From Tubulanus polymorphus (Eukaryota > Animalia > Nemertea): 64,000 nt of DNA. Under the pieces are notes generated by a model. That model saw nothing but the letters and a program-made list of their open reading frames with translations. It searched no databases and was not told the DNA's origin. Positions 45,908-58,013 of this stretch are shown here, piece by piece (position 1 is the first letter of the stretch; each line of letters opens with the position of its first letter). Position numbers and translations under genes: made by a program. Where the stretch lies: the NCBI RefSeq assembly GCF_964204645.1, contig NC_134035.1, positions 2,666,001-2,730,000 of the forward strand, written 5' to 3'.

Positions 45908-46957
45908 ATGAGCGTGGCGGCGATAATAACAGCTAATAGTTCCCATCAGTGTCCGCTGCAGCCTTTCGCGCCGATCATTATAACATCGGTGGCAATTTTA
46001 CCGACAGGAATCTTAGGTGTCATACTGGATGTGATTACTGTATTTGTCTATCGTCGCATTGCTAGAGGCCAATCGAACAAAGGCTTCCATTCATCTACTT
46101 GGCTCATGCAGTTGTGGGCTGGTTTTGACGCTGTTATGCTTTCTACGAATTATTTCAGCACCTCGCTACGATACACTGCTGCGCTAGTTGCTCATGGTGA
46201 ACTTGCATTTCACATTCATAAAGGGAAAATATTCCCTTATTTCTACTTAACTGGATCATCTGGAGTCGGCACGGTGCTCGCGACTACGGAGCCATGGATG
46301 ATCGCGATGCTAACAATTGATAGATTCTTGCACGTTTACGATCCGTTCAGAGCACCACAATGGACCAGCAAATTCAACTTGTCTTTAAGTTTCAGTTTTA
46401 TGTTGTTTTGTTCCGCATTTCTGTTTGTTTTACTATTCATACCGTTTCCTGCATTTAAACCAATGACCAGTATTGACTTGGTCCCAGTCAGTTGCCCTTA
46501 CGGATTACCCGGTTATGAAATCGTCTGGAGGAGAAATAACCTGGAGAAATTGCTATCGAGATTTCGTGTCGGTATATACGGTGTGTTAATACCCATATCA
46601 ATCATATCAACGTTTAATATTGGTATTCTGATATTAGTTTCGAAAAGTACCATTTTGATTAAACGAAATGTTAGTATTCCTAAATCTCACAATGCTCGGG
46701 CAACCGCCGTAGTACTTTCAATTGTGTTCAGTTACTTGTTACTGAAGGGACCTGCTGCTATGATACATGTTTATCAGGGTGTCACACCACAGGGTAAAGC
46801 TCTGAAGGCCCTGTACGAGCGACCGTGGTTGTATGCTAGTACACAGAACTTCGGTTCTTTTACCGGTATCGTCAATTTTATTGTTTTTTCATTTATAAAC
46901 CCGAAATTCAAAAATGAACTCCGGAACATGTTGTGCCATGACAGGAGGAAGATTTAA
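45908..46957 (+). CDS. Orphan GPCR cluster copy 6 (ATG at 45908)
   Basis: The ORF-track start 45875 is GTG; full 7TM ORF; the upstream flank is an inverted copy of the copy 4 upstream flank. Confidence 0.88.
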   Translation: MSVAAIITANSSHQCPLQPFAPIIITSVAILPTGILGVILDVITVFVYRRIARGQSNKGFHSSTWLMQLWAGFDAVMLSTNYFSTSLRYTAALVAHGELAFHIHKGKIFPYFYLTGSSGVGTVLATTEPWMIAMLTIDRFLHVYDPFRAPQWTSKFNLSLSFSFMLFCSAFLFVLLFIPFPAFKPMTSIDLVPVSCPYGLPGYEIVWRRNNLEKLLSRFRVGIYGVLIPISIISTFNIGILILVSKSTILIKRNVSIPKSHNARATAVVLSIVFSYLLLKGPAAMIHVYQGVTPQGKALKALYERPWLYASTQNFGSFTGIVNFIVFSFINPKFKNELRNMLCHDRRKI

Positions 46958-48422
46958 TGAAACTCTATCAGAGATACCTATCATTCATTGTGTTTGTTGT
47001 ACCAAATTAAGCACGCCATGAAATGCATTCGACTTCGGATTAGGTCATAAGATAAAGACAATTTTACATCTTTTTACAATAATAGATACGATTGCTTTTC
47101 GATTGGTACAAGGTTATCACACTGTACTATATGCTAAATTTAAATAAGATTATTGTAGATCATTGTCTTAATATTCTGTTTACTGAAAAAAATGCGCACA
47201 TTTATTCGTGAAGTTTTTGGTTTCATCAACCGTTCAAAGAGTTTCGGTTGTATTCGAAACTCTTCAAGCGCAGGAGGCAAATAGCGTTGGGATTTTCTAT
47301 TTCCGATTCTTTATTAAAATCTATGCGTGTATTTTGTCACAAATAAAGTATTCAGGAATGTAGCTGTTGATATTTTGAGCTCAAATGCTTCATGGACGAT
47401 GGAAGTCGAACTTATCCATAATGACCCCGTAAAATATTAAAGTAGCAATATACAAATGTCCAAACAAATGATTCTCGGAAAGTTCGAAACCTGCCCACTT
47501 CGATCAGAAAAGAACCTCACGTTTTTCAATTTTTATCGTTATCTAAGCCGCATATTTTACACAGCTTTCGACTATTCTTACTATGTCAAATTTTGGATAT
47601 AATACGGAAAAGTACACGCCCCTATAACTGCAAAAAATAAATGGGTGCCTAGAAATACACAGCGCACTAAAAATTGGGCGAAATGGATTTTCCATTATGG
47701 TAATTATGAAAGAAATATTTATTCTCTAATGAAGTTTTTCATCCAGTGCGTATTTCATTATTTCGTATATCTCTCTAGACCTCAGTTTTTATATGTGCAT
47801 ATCAGTTCCGCCTGTCCATACATATACTGCCAGTTCTCTGATGTTGATTTGCTAAAGATTGCGATGTCCCCAATTGTGACATCCTCACAGACTTCATGAG
47901 AGATCTTTAGTAATTTAGTGTTCTGGGAAATTTCTGAATATCATCTGCTGCCCCGAGAATAGAATCAAGTATTCATTTTGGAAATTTATCATGAATGAAT
48001 ATCTTTTTTCAGTTATTCAAGTTTCTCATCCAAAGCGTATTTCTTTATTTTTTATACATAGTCACCTTTCTAACTATACATGACTTAAATTCTTGAAGCA
48101 AAAGGGGGATGGACTACAATGAATCGCGCCAAAGGTTTTAGTTTAAAAAACGTGAAAATCTGTCCAACAATGCGGAACCTGTGGGGAGCTTCCCATTTTT
48201 CTCTGTAAAACAAGAAAACGTGCGTTATTTTCTAGAGATCAATTCGTGTTGAACTTTAGATATATACAATACAATGACAATTCAAAATAGGTACGTACCC
48301 TTCTTGATGGGTCTTCCGATGATATTGCAGCGCATTTCAAACTATTATCATGATCGCTTCATGATTGTTAAATCGTTACCAGGCATGTCGTGAATTCAGC
48401 CTCTATCGATTCAACCGTTGAC

Positions 48423-49475
48423 ATGACGGCGGCGGCGATAATAACAGCTAATAGTTCCCATCAGTGTACGCTGCAGCCTTTCGCGCCGATCATTATAACA
48501 TCCGTGGCAATTTTACCGACAGGAATTTTAGGTGTTATACTGGATGTGATCACTGTATTTGTCTATCGCCGCATTGCCAAAGCCCAATCGAATAAAGGCT
48601 TCCACTCCTCCACTTGGCTCATGCAGTTATGGGCTGGTTTTGACGCAGTGGCGCTTTCTACGAGTTATTTGGGTACCTCACTGCAGTTTGCGGCTGCGTT
48701 AGTTGCTTATGGTAAACTTGCATTTCACATTCATAAAGGGAACATATTTCCATATTTCTTCGTAACTGGTCCAGCTGGAGTCGGCTCGGTGCTCGTGACT
48801 ACGGAGCCATGGATGATCGCGATGCTTACAATTGATAGATTCTTGCACGTTTACGATCCGTTCAGAGCACCACAATGGACCAGCAAATTCAACTTGTCAT
48901 TAAGTTTCAGTTTTATATTATCTTGTTCAGTATTTCTGTTGGTTTTACTATTCATACCGTTTCCTGCGTTTAAACCAATGACCAGTATTGACTTGGTCCC
49001 AGTCAGTTGCCCTTACGGATTACCCGGTTATGAAACATTCTGGAGAAGAAATAACATAGAGAAGATTCTAACGAGATTTCGTGTCGGTATATACGGTGTA
49101 TTGATACCTGTATCAATCATAGCAATGTTCAATATTGGTATTCTGATTGTAGTTTCTAAAAGCGCCTTTTCGATTAAACGAAATGTTAGTATTCCTAAAT
49201 CTCACAATGCCCGAGCAACCGCCGTCGTACTTTCAATTGTGTTCAGCTACTTGTTACTGAAGGGACCTGCTGCTATGATACATGTTTATCAGGGTGTCAC
49301 GCCCGAGGGTAAAGCCTTAAAAACCCTGTACAAGCGACCGTGGCTGTATGCATGTACACGGAACATCGGTTCCTTTACTGGTATCGTCAATTTTATAGTT
49401 TTTTCATTTATAAACCCCACATTCAAAAAGGAACTCCGGCACATGTTGTGCCGTAACAGGAGAATTCAGAATTAA
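48423..49475 (+). CDS. Orphan GPCR cluster copy 7 (ATG at 48423)
   Basis: The ORF-track start 48390 is GTG; full 7TM ORF; upstream ~48240-48420 matches ~42975-43190 inverted. Confidence 0.88.
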   Translation: MTAAAIITANSSHQCTLQPFAPIIITSVAILPTGILGVILDVITVFVYRRIAKAQSNKGFHSSTWLMQLWAGFDAVALSTSYLGTSLQFAAALVAYGKLAFHIHKGNIFPYFFVTGPAGVGSVLVTTEPWMIAMLTIDRFLHVYDPFRAPQWTSKFNLSLSFSFILSCSVFLLVLLFIPFPAFKPMTSIDLVPVSCPYGLPGYETFWRRNNIEKILTRFRVGIYGVLIPVSIIAMFNIGILIVVSKSAFSIKRNVSIPKSHNARATAVVLSIVFSYLLLKGPAAMIHVYQGVTPEGKALKTLYKRPWLYACTRNIGSFTGIVNFIVFSFINPTFKKELRHMLCRNRRIQN

Positions 49476-50429
49476 ATAGAATAACATCTAGAGGCTCCTT
49501 TTATTACTCCTTTTATATGATGTTTGTGTTGTTGTCTCAAATAAAGCGAGCCATGAAATGCATCCAGTTTTGGAATATGTCATAGAATAAAGTCATGCCG
49601 TGAGTTATTTTCTTCAATAAAATAATGTTGTTTTCTGCTTGTTACAAGGTCATTGTAATGAAATATCTAGAAATTTTGTTTCATATTTGACTCTTTCTTT
49701 TTCATCCCTACTAATGATCGTAAAACACCAAAATTCAAGATCATCTTTCAGAGTTACTTAAATGCACATTTTGATCTAAATGAAAAACGTATGCAAAACG
49801 TATTCGAATTTTTCGTGAATTTATCAATTTGGCAACGTTACTATATTTTCTATAATATTGGAACTAATAGAGGAACGAATCATTGTTCCTCTAGTGTATC
49901 ACAGTGATCCCGAATCCTAGAATAGCGCAATCGTTTCCAAATCAGTTAGACAAAATGCTGCCTAATTAATCGATTTACGTACGTGTAAATTGAAAATGGT
50001 TTTAAATTTCTAGATTCGGTTATGGCACTTCCTTCTATAAGAATTCGGCTATTTTTAGTAGTTCTATCGTAATCTTAAGTCGATGGTAATCAAACAAAAA
50101 TGATTCGGTTTTGTTTCCATTGCAGGAATTCCAGATGAGGTGAAAAATTGATACCTTGTTTCTCATTTCTGTTAAGCTTGATATCCACTCGACTGGCCGC
50201 CTGTGTTCGTGTTCGTTAGCGTTGTTTAAATCGTGATCAAGCTAACCAAAACAGATTACTAATTCCATTGCAGTAAAAAAGTGACCCGTCAAGGAGAAAA
50301 ATGGTAATATTTGTTAACTTAAATATAGTCGGTCATCGCCTCATCAACTACTTAATGAGACTCGTGAAGACAACGTTTATTGAATAAGAATATATTTATT
50401 TTGACGAATATATAGTTATACTTTTCAGG

Positions 50430-53276
50430 TTAAACATTGAACGAAATTCAGCTAAGAAAAATATCTTTATTACTCGCATGCCACAGTATGATAGCGAGGC
50501 TGAGTTAGATATCTACCGTACAGTGCTGCCCCTATGAATTACGTTAGCGGAATTTCTGTGAACTAAAATAGTGGCGCATATTTACCGCCGGAATTTAAAT
50601 GTCCTTATTACGTACAATACGGACCAGTGTGGCGCCTAATTCTGATTGAATATGACACTATGAAAACGTTCTGAATTTTGTATGATATTGCTTTATTTTT
50701 TAGGTAACATATTTAATTCTTTTTAACTAAAATTCACTTACTTATCAATTAATATAGTATTTATATTCAGAATAACTTATTCATTTACTTTTTTGAATGA
50801 TAAGTTATCATCTGAATTGACAAAATGTCCATATTCTTTCTTCGATATATTCGAATTGCGCGCATATAATCAGGGAACATACAAACACCTGTCGCTCTCT
50901 CCCAGACCAAACTAGAAGTACCCCGATTCAAATTTACTCTTTCAAGGCTTATTCTTTTATAGACAAATTGTTTGGTTCAAATGTTCAGAGCAGTTTTCAG
51001 AGTTTAAGAATTTTCCTCGGAATCCGGCCCGCAAATCGGTAATTAGTTCGTCAACTACGGCCGTTCCAAGACTCTGGCAAGCGAGTATTATGTTCACGTT
51101 TTCCACGCTATCGTAATACATAGGGGCAGCACTAGACGGTCGAGATTGAATTGATCGCGCTATTTTTACTGTGGAGCGGGCTCAATTCAATCGCTAATTC
51201 TTTATTTACAGTGAATTATTCCCTCGATTGATAAAGACTTTAAAGCCACGATGATTTTAAATGTACGAATTTTGATATTGGGTAAAAAGATAAAAATTCA
51301 TGATATTTCATGTCCTCAGGGACGCACAGGGGGACCTCACTCCAGTTGACTTCGCAATCGCAGACATGTCACGACACAACGTCAACAGTGAGGCCGGGCG
51401 CCCTAACTCGACCAGTTAGTTACAACGGCTTTCTCTCACTGCCACAGGCTGGGCTCTTGTGTAAAACGAGAATCTGTTAATCCAGTGTGACTGAAAACTT
51501 TTGCTTAAGCCTTTACTATGTCAGAGTAATTGTACTGTTTTGCTTCCCTTTTCACCCATCCTCCCTCAACCTCTCATCCCATCCTCCCTAAACCTCTCAC
51601 CCCATTGTCCCCAACCTCTCATCCCATCCTTCCTCAACCTCTCATCCCATCCTCCCTCAACCTCTCAGTCAGTCTCCCTGTTAATGTGATTTCAATTTTA
51701 GTATTTCAGGTTTTCCTCTGTCGGGCTGTCGTGTATACTTCATCACGAATACTGGATGTGGTGGACTTCAACTGAAATTTATCACAGTATTACTTCTTCA
51801 GTCAACTTCTTCCGGACTACTTAGTGAACTAACTGGACTACTAGTGAACTAACCGGACTATTAGTGAACTAACTGGACTACTAGTGAACTAACCAGACTA
51901 TATGTGAACTAACTGGACTACTAGCCAACTAACCGGGCTATTAGTGGATTGATACTCATAAAAAAGCTGTCAGTGGTGGACTCCAGGATGTGTGGAACTC
52001 TGTATGTGGATTTGTGGAACTCGGTGGACTACCATTACTGCTAGACAAGCGCTAGTGAATGTGTGATTAGAGTTCCTTATAAGTTTCCCAAATCAATTAT
52101 GAGAAAGCAGTTTATCTGTAAACACTGTTTACTGCATTTCATAAGAATTGTCAATGGGGTTAATTGTAGCAGCCTGTAATTGTGTTGCAGGAATAATAAT
52201 TCAGGGTTTTAGTAAGAGCATCAATTTCTACCTTAAAAATTAATTGAATATTTGACATCATTGTCAAAATCATCTCAAAATCGTTTTTGGACTGAATTTC
52301 GAGGGCGAATTTCATCAAAATCTGTGACGAAATCGAGGGGGTCAAAACACGAAATCCTGAATATCTCATTTTAGGAGCATCGGATCCAAAATCTAACCTC
52401 ATATTTGTAACCAGCACCCCAAAAAACATGTGTGCACTGGATTTTATCAAAATTGGGCCAAAAAAAAATTTTGACTTTGTACCCCATTTTTGGGGTGCAT
52501 ATTTTGGGCATTAAAACCCTTATTTGCTCATGAAGATGAATTCCGATTCAAAATCTGATTGCGGATCCGGAATCTACACCACAGAATACATATTCCTACT
52601 AATTTTCGAAGGAATCAGAGAAAAAAAATTTTTCGCCGAAAAAAAACTCCTGGACTATGACCTTAGATTTTTGCCATTTTTAGCCAAAAAATCGAATCTC
52701 TTCGATTTGTTTAAAATCTTAGTCCTCTATATTTTCAGGGGTGCTGATTCCAAATCTGCAATAAGATTTCGAATATCTCGAATACTCTGGGGTCCAAGGC
52801 CTTTTGAAAATTTAGGGGGTCCCCCAAAAATTCGAATTTCTCATTTTCTGGGCCTCGGACCCGAAAAATTCTTTCAGATTTGTGATCAGCACCCCATAAT
52901 ACATGTCTATACTGAATTTCATCGAAATCGGAGACAAAAAATATTCGACCCCTGACACTCATTTTGTTGAGTAGCCTACCTCAGATTGCCATTTCTCTGA
53001 TACACCGGTAATTAGACTTAACTCTAACTCTGTATGTTTGACTGGTGGCCTCAAATCTATAAAGTTTCGTGTATATTTTTTTAGGAGTTTGTCATCATTA
53101 GGAACTATATATTGACGTTTTTGTTTGTTGATCAGGACCTACATCAGATGAACTGGATAAATATGTGTGGGCAGCGTTAGAACTCACCGGGAGGATAAAC
53201 AAACAAACGAACACATATTGGGAGAACTTGACTTCACTTATAGTGAACTTTATGTCCACGAGGACTAAATATGTGA
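50430..53276. repeat. Copy A of a ~2.85/3.27-kb tandem duplication carrying a non-autonomous DNA transposon-like body
   Basis: Colinear with 53682-56947 from ttaaacattgaacgaaattc to gtccacgaggactaa; contains a C-rich minisatellite (~51552-51666), 20-bp ggactactagtgaactaac repeats (~51813-51945) and interspersed ggggtgctga/tcagcacccc inverted motifs (~52290-52960). Confidence 0.9.
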
Positions 53277-53681
53277 CACTACCGATTGGCTGTGTTTGAA
53301 GTAAAAACGGGGCAACTGAAAAAAAATGCTCTTGGCATCTAGAACCTGTCGTTCTCTCCCAGACGATGCTAGGAATATCCCCGATTCAAATTTACTCTTA
53401 AGCTTTATTCTTTCATAGAAAATTGTTTCTTTAATAGTTTCAGAGCATTTTTTTCTGGTTACAGTGAATTAGTAGTAGTTGAATGCACTATTTTAGAGAA
53501 TAATATTTAATTTGCTTGAAATTCTTCCTTTGGCATGTGAGCCTACCGCTTTACCGGATACTAGTACATTCCGCAGACAAAAGAGTTCTATCAAAAATAG
53601 TTTGAAATTCGTTTTAAAAAGATGATCCCCTTCGAAAAACTTAAAACAATAGTAGAATTATTCATATACAATGGACTCATA

Positions 53682-56600
53682 TTAAACATTGAACGAAATT
53701 CGGCTAAGAAAAATATCTGTATTACTCGCATGCCACAGTAAGATTGCGAGGCTGAGTTAGATATCTACCGTTCAGTGCTGCCCCTATGAATTACGATAGC
53801 GGAATTTCTGTGAACTAAAATAGTAGTGCATATTTACCGCCGGAATTTAAATTTCCTTATTACGTACAATAAAGACCAGTGTGGCGCATAATTCTGATTA
53901 AATATGATACTATGAATACGTTCTGAATTTTGTATGATATTTCCTTATTTTTTAGGTAACATATTTAATTCTTTTTAGCTAAAAATCAATTACTTATCAA
54001 TTAATATAACATTTATACACAGAATAACTTATTCATTTACATTTTTGACTGATAATTTATCATCTGAATTGACAAAATGTCCATATTTTTTCTTCGATGT
54101 ATTCTAATTGGGCGCAAATAATCAGGGAACATACAAACACCTGTAGCTCTCTCCCAGACCATACTAGAAATAACCCTATTCAAATTTACTCTTTTAAGGC
54201 TTATTCTTTTATAGAAAATTTGTTTGGTTCAAACGTTTCAGAGCAGTTTTCAGAGTTTGAGAATTTTCCTCGGAATCCGGCCCGCAAATCGGTAATTAGT
54301 TCGTCCACTACTGCCGTTCGAAGACTCTGGCAAGCGAGTATTATGTTAGTTCACGTTTTCCACGCTATCGTTATACATAGGGGCAGCACTAGATGGTCAA
54401 GATTAGATCTCACTATTTTTACTGTGGAGCGGGCTCAATTCAATCGCTAATTCTTTATTTACAGTGAACTATTCCCTCAATTGATAAAGACTTTAAAGCC
54501 ACGATGATTTTAAATGTACGAATTTTGATATTGGGTAAAAAGACAAGAATTCGTGATATTTCATGTCCTCGGGGACGCACAGGGGGACCTCACTCCAGTT
54601 GACTTCGGCGCAGACACGACACGTCACGACACAGTGTGCAGGTGAGGGACATACTCAAATTTATTCTGAATCAGTCAGTCGTTGTTACTACGGGTTCCGG
54701 GTTGTTTGGGTAACGACGGCTAGGTGCTAGACTAACAGGGACCTCACTCGGTGTCAAAAACCACTTTCTAGCCTACACACGGGCCGCACTACCCTAGCCG
54801 CTTGCATTGCACATGGTGCAGGCGATAGTTTCACAAATCTTGATGAACTGTTCTTCAACTTCCTCCAGCACCACATCTTGTTCAGCAGGTTAAGACTAGC
54901 TGACTCGACCAGTTAGTTACACCAGCTTTCTCCCACTGCCACAGGCTGGGCTCTTGTGTAAAACGAGAATCTGTTAATCCAGTGCCGTACTGAAAACTGC
55001 TGAAAACTTTTGCTTAAGCCTTTACTATGTCAGAGTTATTGTGCTGTTTTGCATCACTTTTCACCCATCCTCCCTCAACCTCTCACCCCATCCTGCCTCA
55101 ACCTCACCCCAACCTCTCACTTCATCCTCCCTCAACCTCTCACCCTTCCTCCCCCAACCTCTCACCCCATCCTCCCCCAACCTCATCACCCCATCCTCCC
55201 TCAACCTCACCCCAACCTCTCACCCCAACCTCTCACCTCATCCTCCCTCAACCTCATCACCCCATTGTCCCCAACCTCTCATCCCACCCCCAACCTCTCA
55301 CCCCATCCTCCCTCAACCTCACCCCAACCTCTCACTTCATCCTCCGTCAACCTCTTACCCATCCTCCCCCAACCTCTCACCCCATCCTCCCCAACCTCAT
55401 CACCCCATCCTCCCCAACCTCTCATCCCATCCTCCCTCAACCTCTCAGTCAGTCTCCCTGTTAATGTGGTTTCAATTTTAGTATTTCAGGTTTTCCTCTG
55501 TCGGGCTGTGGTGTAAACTTCATCACGAATACTGGACGTGGTGGACTTCAACTGAAATTTATCACAGTTTTACTTCTTCAGTCAACTTCTTCCGGACTAC
55601 TAGTGAACTAACTGGACTTCTAGTGAACTAACCGGACTATATGTGAACTAACTGGACTATTTAGTCAACTAACTGAACAATAAGTGGATTGATACTCATA
55701 AAAAAACAGTCAGTGGTGGACTCCAGGAGGTGTGGAACTCTGTATGTGGATTTGTGGAACTCGGTGGACTACCATTACTGCTAGACAAGGGCTGGTGAGT
55801 GTGAGTAGAATTTCTTAAAAGTTTCCCAAACAATTATGAGAAAGCAGTTTATCTGTAAACACTCTTTACACTGCATTTCATAAGAATTTTCAATGTGGCT
55901 ATTTGAAGCAGCCTGTAATTGTGTTGCAGGAATTATAATACAGGGTTTTTAGTAAGAGCATCAATTTCTACCTTAAAAATTAATTGAATATCAAAAATTA
56001 ATTGAATATTGACGAAATTATGGGGGTCAAAACACGAAATCCTGAATATCTCATTTTAGGAGCCTCGGATCCTAAATCTAACCTCATATTTGTAATCAGC
56101 ACCCCAAAAAACATGTCTGCACTAAATTTTATTAAAATTGGGCCAAAAAAAAATTTTGACTTTGTACCCCATTTTTGGGGTGCATATTTTGGGCATTAAA
56201 ACCCTTATTTGCCCGTGAAAATGAATTCCGATTCAAAATCTGATTGCGGATCCGGAATCTACACCTCAGAATAAATATTCCTACCAAATTTCGAAGGAAT
56301 CAGAGAAAAAAAATTTTTCGCCGAAAAAAAACTCCTGGACTAACACCTTAGATTTTTGCCATTTTTGGCCAAAAAATCGAATCTCTTCGATTTGCTTGAA
56401 ATTTTAGTCCTTTATATTTTCAGGGGTGCTGATTCCAAATCTGCAATCAGATTTTGAATATCTCGAAAACTCTGGGGTCCAAGGCCTTTTGAAAATTTAG
56501 GGGGGTCCCCCAATAATTCGAATTTCTGGATTTCTGGGCCACAGAATCCGAAACATTCTTTCAGATTTGTGATCAGCACCCCATAATACATGTCTATACC

Positions 56601-56947
56601 GAATTTCATCGAAATTGAAGACAAAAAATATTTGACCCTTGGCCCCCTACCTTAGATTGCCATTTCTCTGATACACCGGTAACTAGACTTAACTCAAACT
56701 GTGTATAACTGATTGGTTGCCTCAAATCTATTAAGTTTCATTTATATCTTTTAGGGTGTTTGTCATCATTAGGATGGAATTATTGAAGTTTGCGTTTGAT
56801 GATCAGGACTACATCAGATGAACTGGATAAAATATGTGTTGGCAGCGTTAGAACTCACCGGGAGGATAAACAAACAAACGAACAAATATTGGGAGAACTT
56901 GAATTCAGTTATAGTGAACTTTATGTCCACGAGGACTAACTATGTGA
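53682..56947. repeat. Copy B of the tandem duplication (with ~250 bp extra sequence and an expanded minisatellite)
   Basis: See copy A; extra segment at ~54625-54900; a third short older copy of 50887-50995 lies at ~53345-53450. Confidence 0.9.
55061..55446. repeat. C-rich minisatellite (cccatcctccctcaacctctca-like units)
   Basis: Degenerate tandem units; the source of the P/S/L/T-rich spurious ORFs. Confidence 0.9.
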
Positions 56948-57073
56948 TAACTTTGCTGCTGATGGGATAAATATCTGTTAAAAACTGTAAAACTAAAGCT
57001 ACTGACGGCATCCAGAATCTGCCGGATAGAAAACAACGAGGAACATAGAAGTTCAGGTGATATACAATCCTAT

Positions 57074-57520
57074 CCTCTGTCTCTCTCTTTCATCTCTCAT
57101 CTCTCACTCTCTCATCTCATACTCATCTCTCATACTCATCCTCATCTCACTCTTTCATCCTCATCTCATACTCATCTCTCATTCTCATCTCATACTCATC
57201 TCTCATCTCACTCTTTCATCCTCATCTCTCATACTCATCTCTCATCTCACTCTTTCATTGTCATCTTATACTCATCTCTCATACTCATCTCTCATACTCA
57301 TCTCTCATCTCACGCTTTCATTCTCATCTCATTCTCATCTCACTCTTTAATTCTCATCTGATACTCTCTCTCTCATACTCATCTCATTTTCATCTCTCAC
57401 TCTTTAATTCTCATCTGATACTCTCTCTCATACTCATCTCATTCTCATCTCTCACTCTTTAATTCTCATCTCATACTCATCTCTCATTCTCTCCTCTCAT
57501 CTCCTTCTGGTCTCATTCTC
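57074..57520. repeat. Low-complexity (ctcat/ctcatctc) simple repeat
   Basis: Degenerate ctcatctct / atactcat array. Confidence 0.9.
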
Positions 57521-57522
57521 CA

Positions 57523-57573
57523 CCATCTACCGGGTTGTGATAGGAACTAGTTCCTGTCTCGCCCGGTAGATGG
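57523..57573. repeat. 51-bp palindrome/hairpin
   Basis: CCATCTACCGGG...AGGAACTAGTTCCT...CCCGGTAGATGG. Confidence 0.8.
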
Positions 57574-57641
57574 CATTATTTTTTTAATAAAATTTGCTTA
57601 AGCAATGGATAAATATGAGTTCCCCTGCAGGCTGTCAGTAC

Positions 57642-57712
57642 GTCCCTATAGCGTAGTGGGTAGGGTGCTGGACTGCTAGACCAGTGGTTGGTGGTTCAAA
57701 TCCCGTATTGTA
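57642..57712 (+). pseudogene. tRNA-like fragment (tRNA pseudogene or SINE head)
   Basis: A box TAGCGTAGTGG, anticodon-like loop CTGCTAG, B box GGTTCAAATCC; the acceptor stem does not pair. Confidence 0.5.
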
Positions 57713-58013
57713 AATAATTTTTATTGGTTGTTGATTGAATAAAATGTTGAATTTAGATTTTGTTCGTTTCAATAAAATGTTGAATTTTACTTTTGCAAAC
57801 AAATTCCTACTTTGAATTTGGAATAAATCCTTTCCTTTTTGACTTTGTCCTTTCCTTGAACGTGAGAAGTTGTAAGAAGAGTCCTTTCCGGGGCAAGGGA
57901 AGTTGTGAGAGGGAAGAGTCCTTTCCGAGACAGATTTTATTAAAGAGAGCATTTTATAAATGGACGTTTATTTATTTACGTTACTTTTTATAACATGCGG
58001 CAAAACGAAATAA

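Noticed and set aside
52160-52962. ORFs in the duplicated element as a transposase
   Set aside because: No DDE or other catalytic motifs; frames are not conserved in copy B; made of internal inverted motifs.
55010-55516. Three overlapping Pro/Ser/Leu/Thr-rich ORFs (also 51501-51775)
   Set aside because: Translations of a C-rich minisatellite that lacks stop codons by composition; they differ freely between the two duplicate copies.
57057-57350. Ser/Leu/Ile/His-rich ORF
   Set aside because: Simple-repeat artefact.
57642-57712. Functional tRNA-Ser(GCT) gene
   Set aside because: No acceptor stem and no long variable arm.
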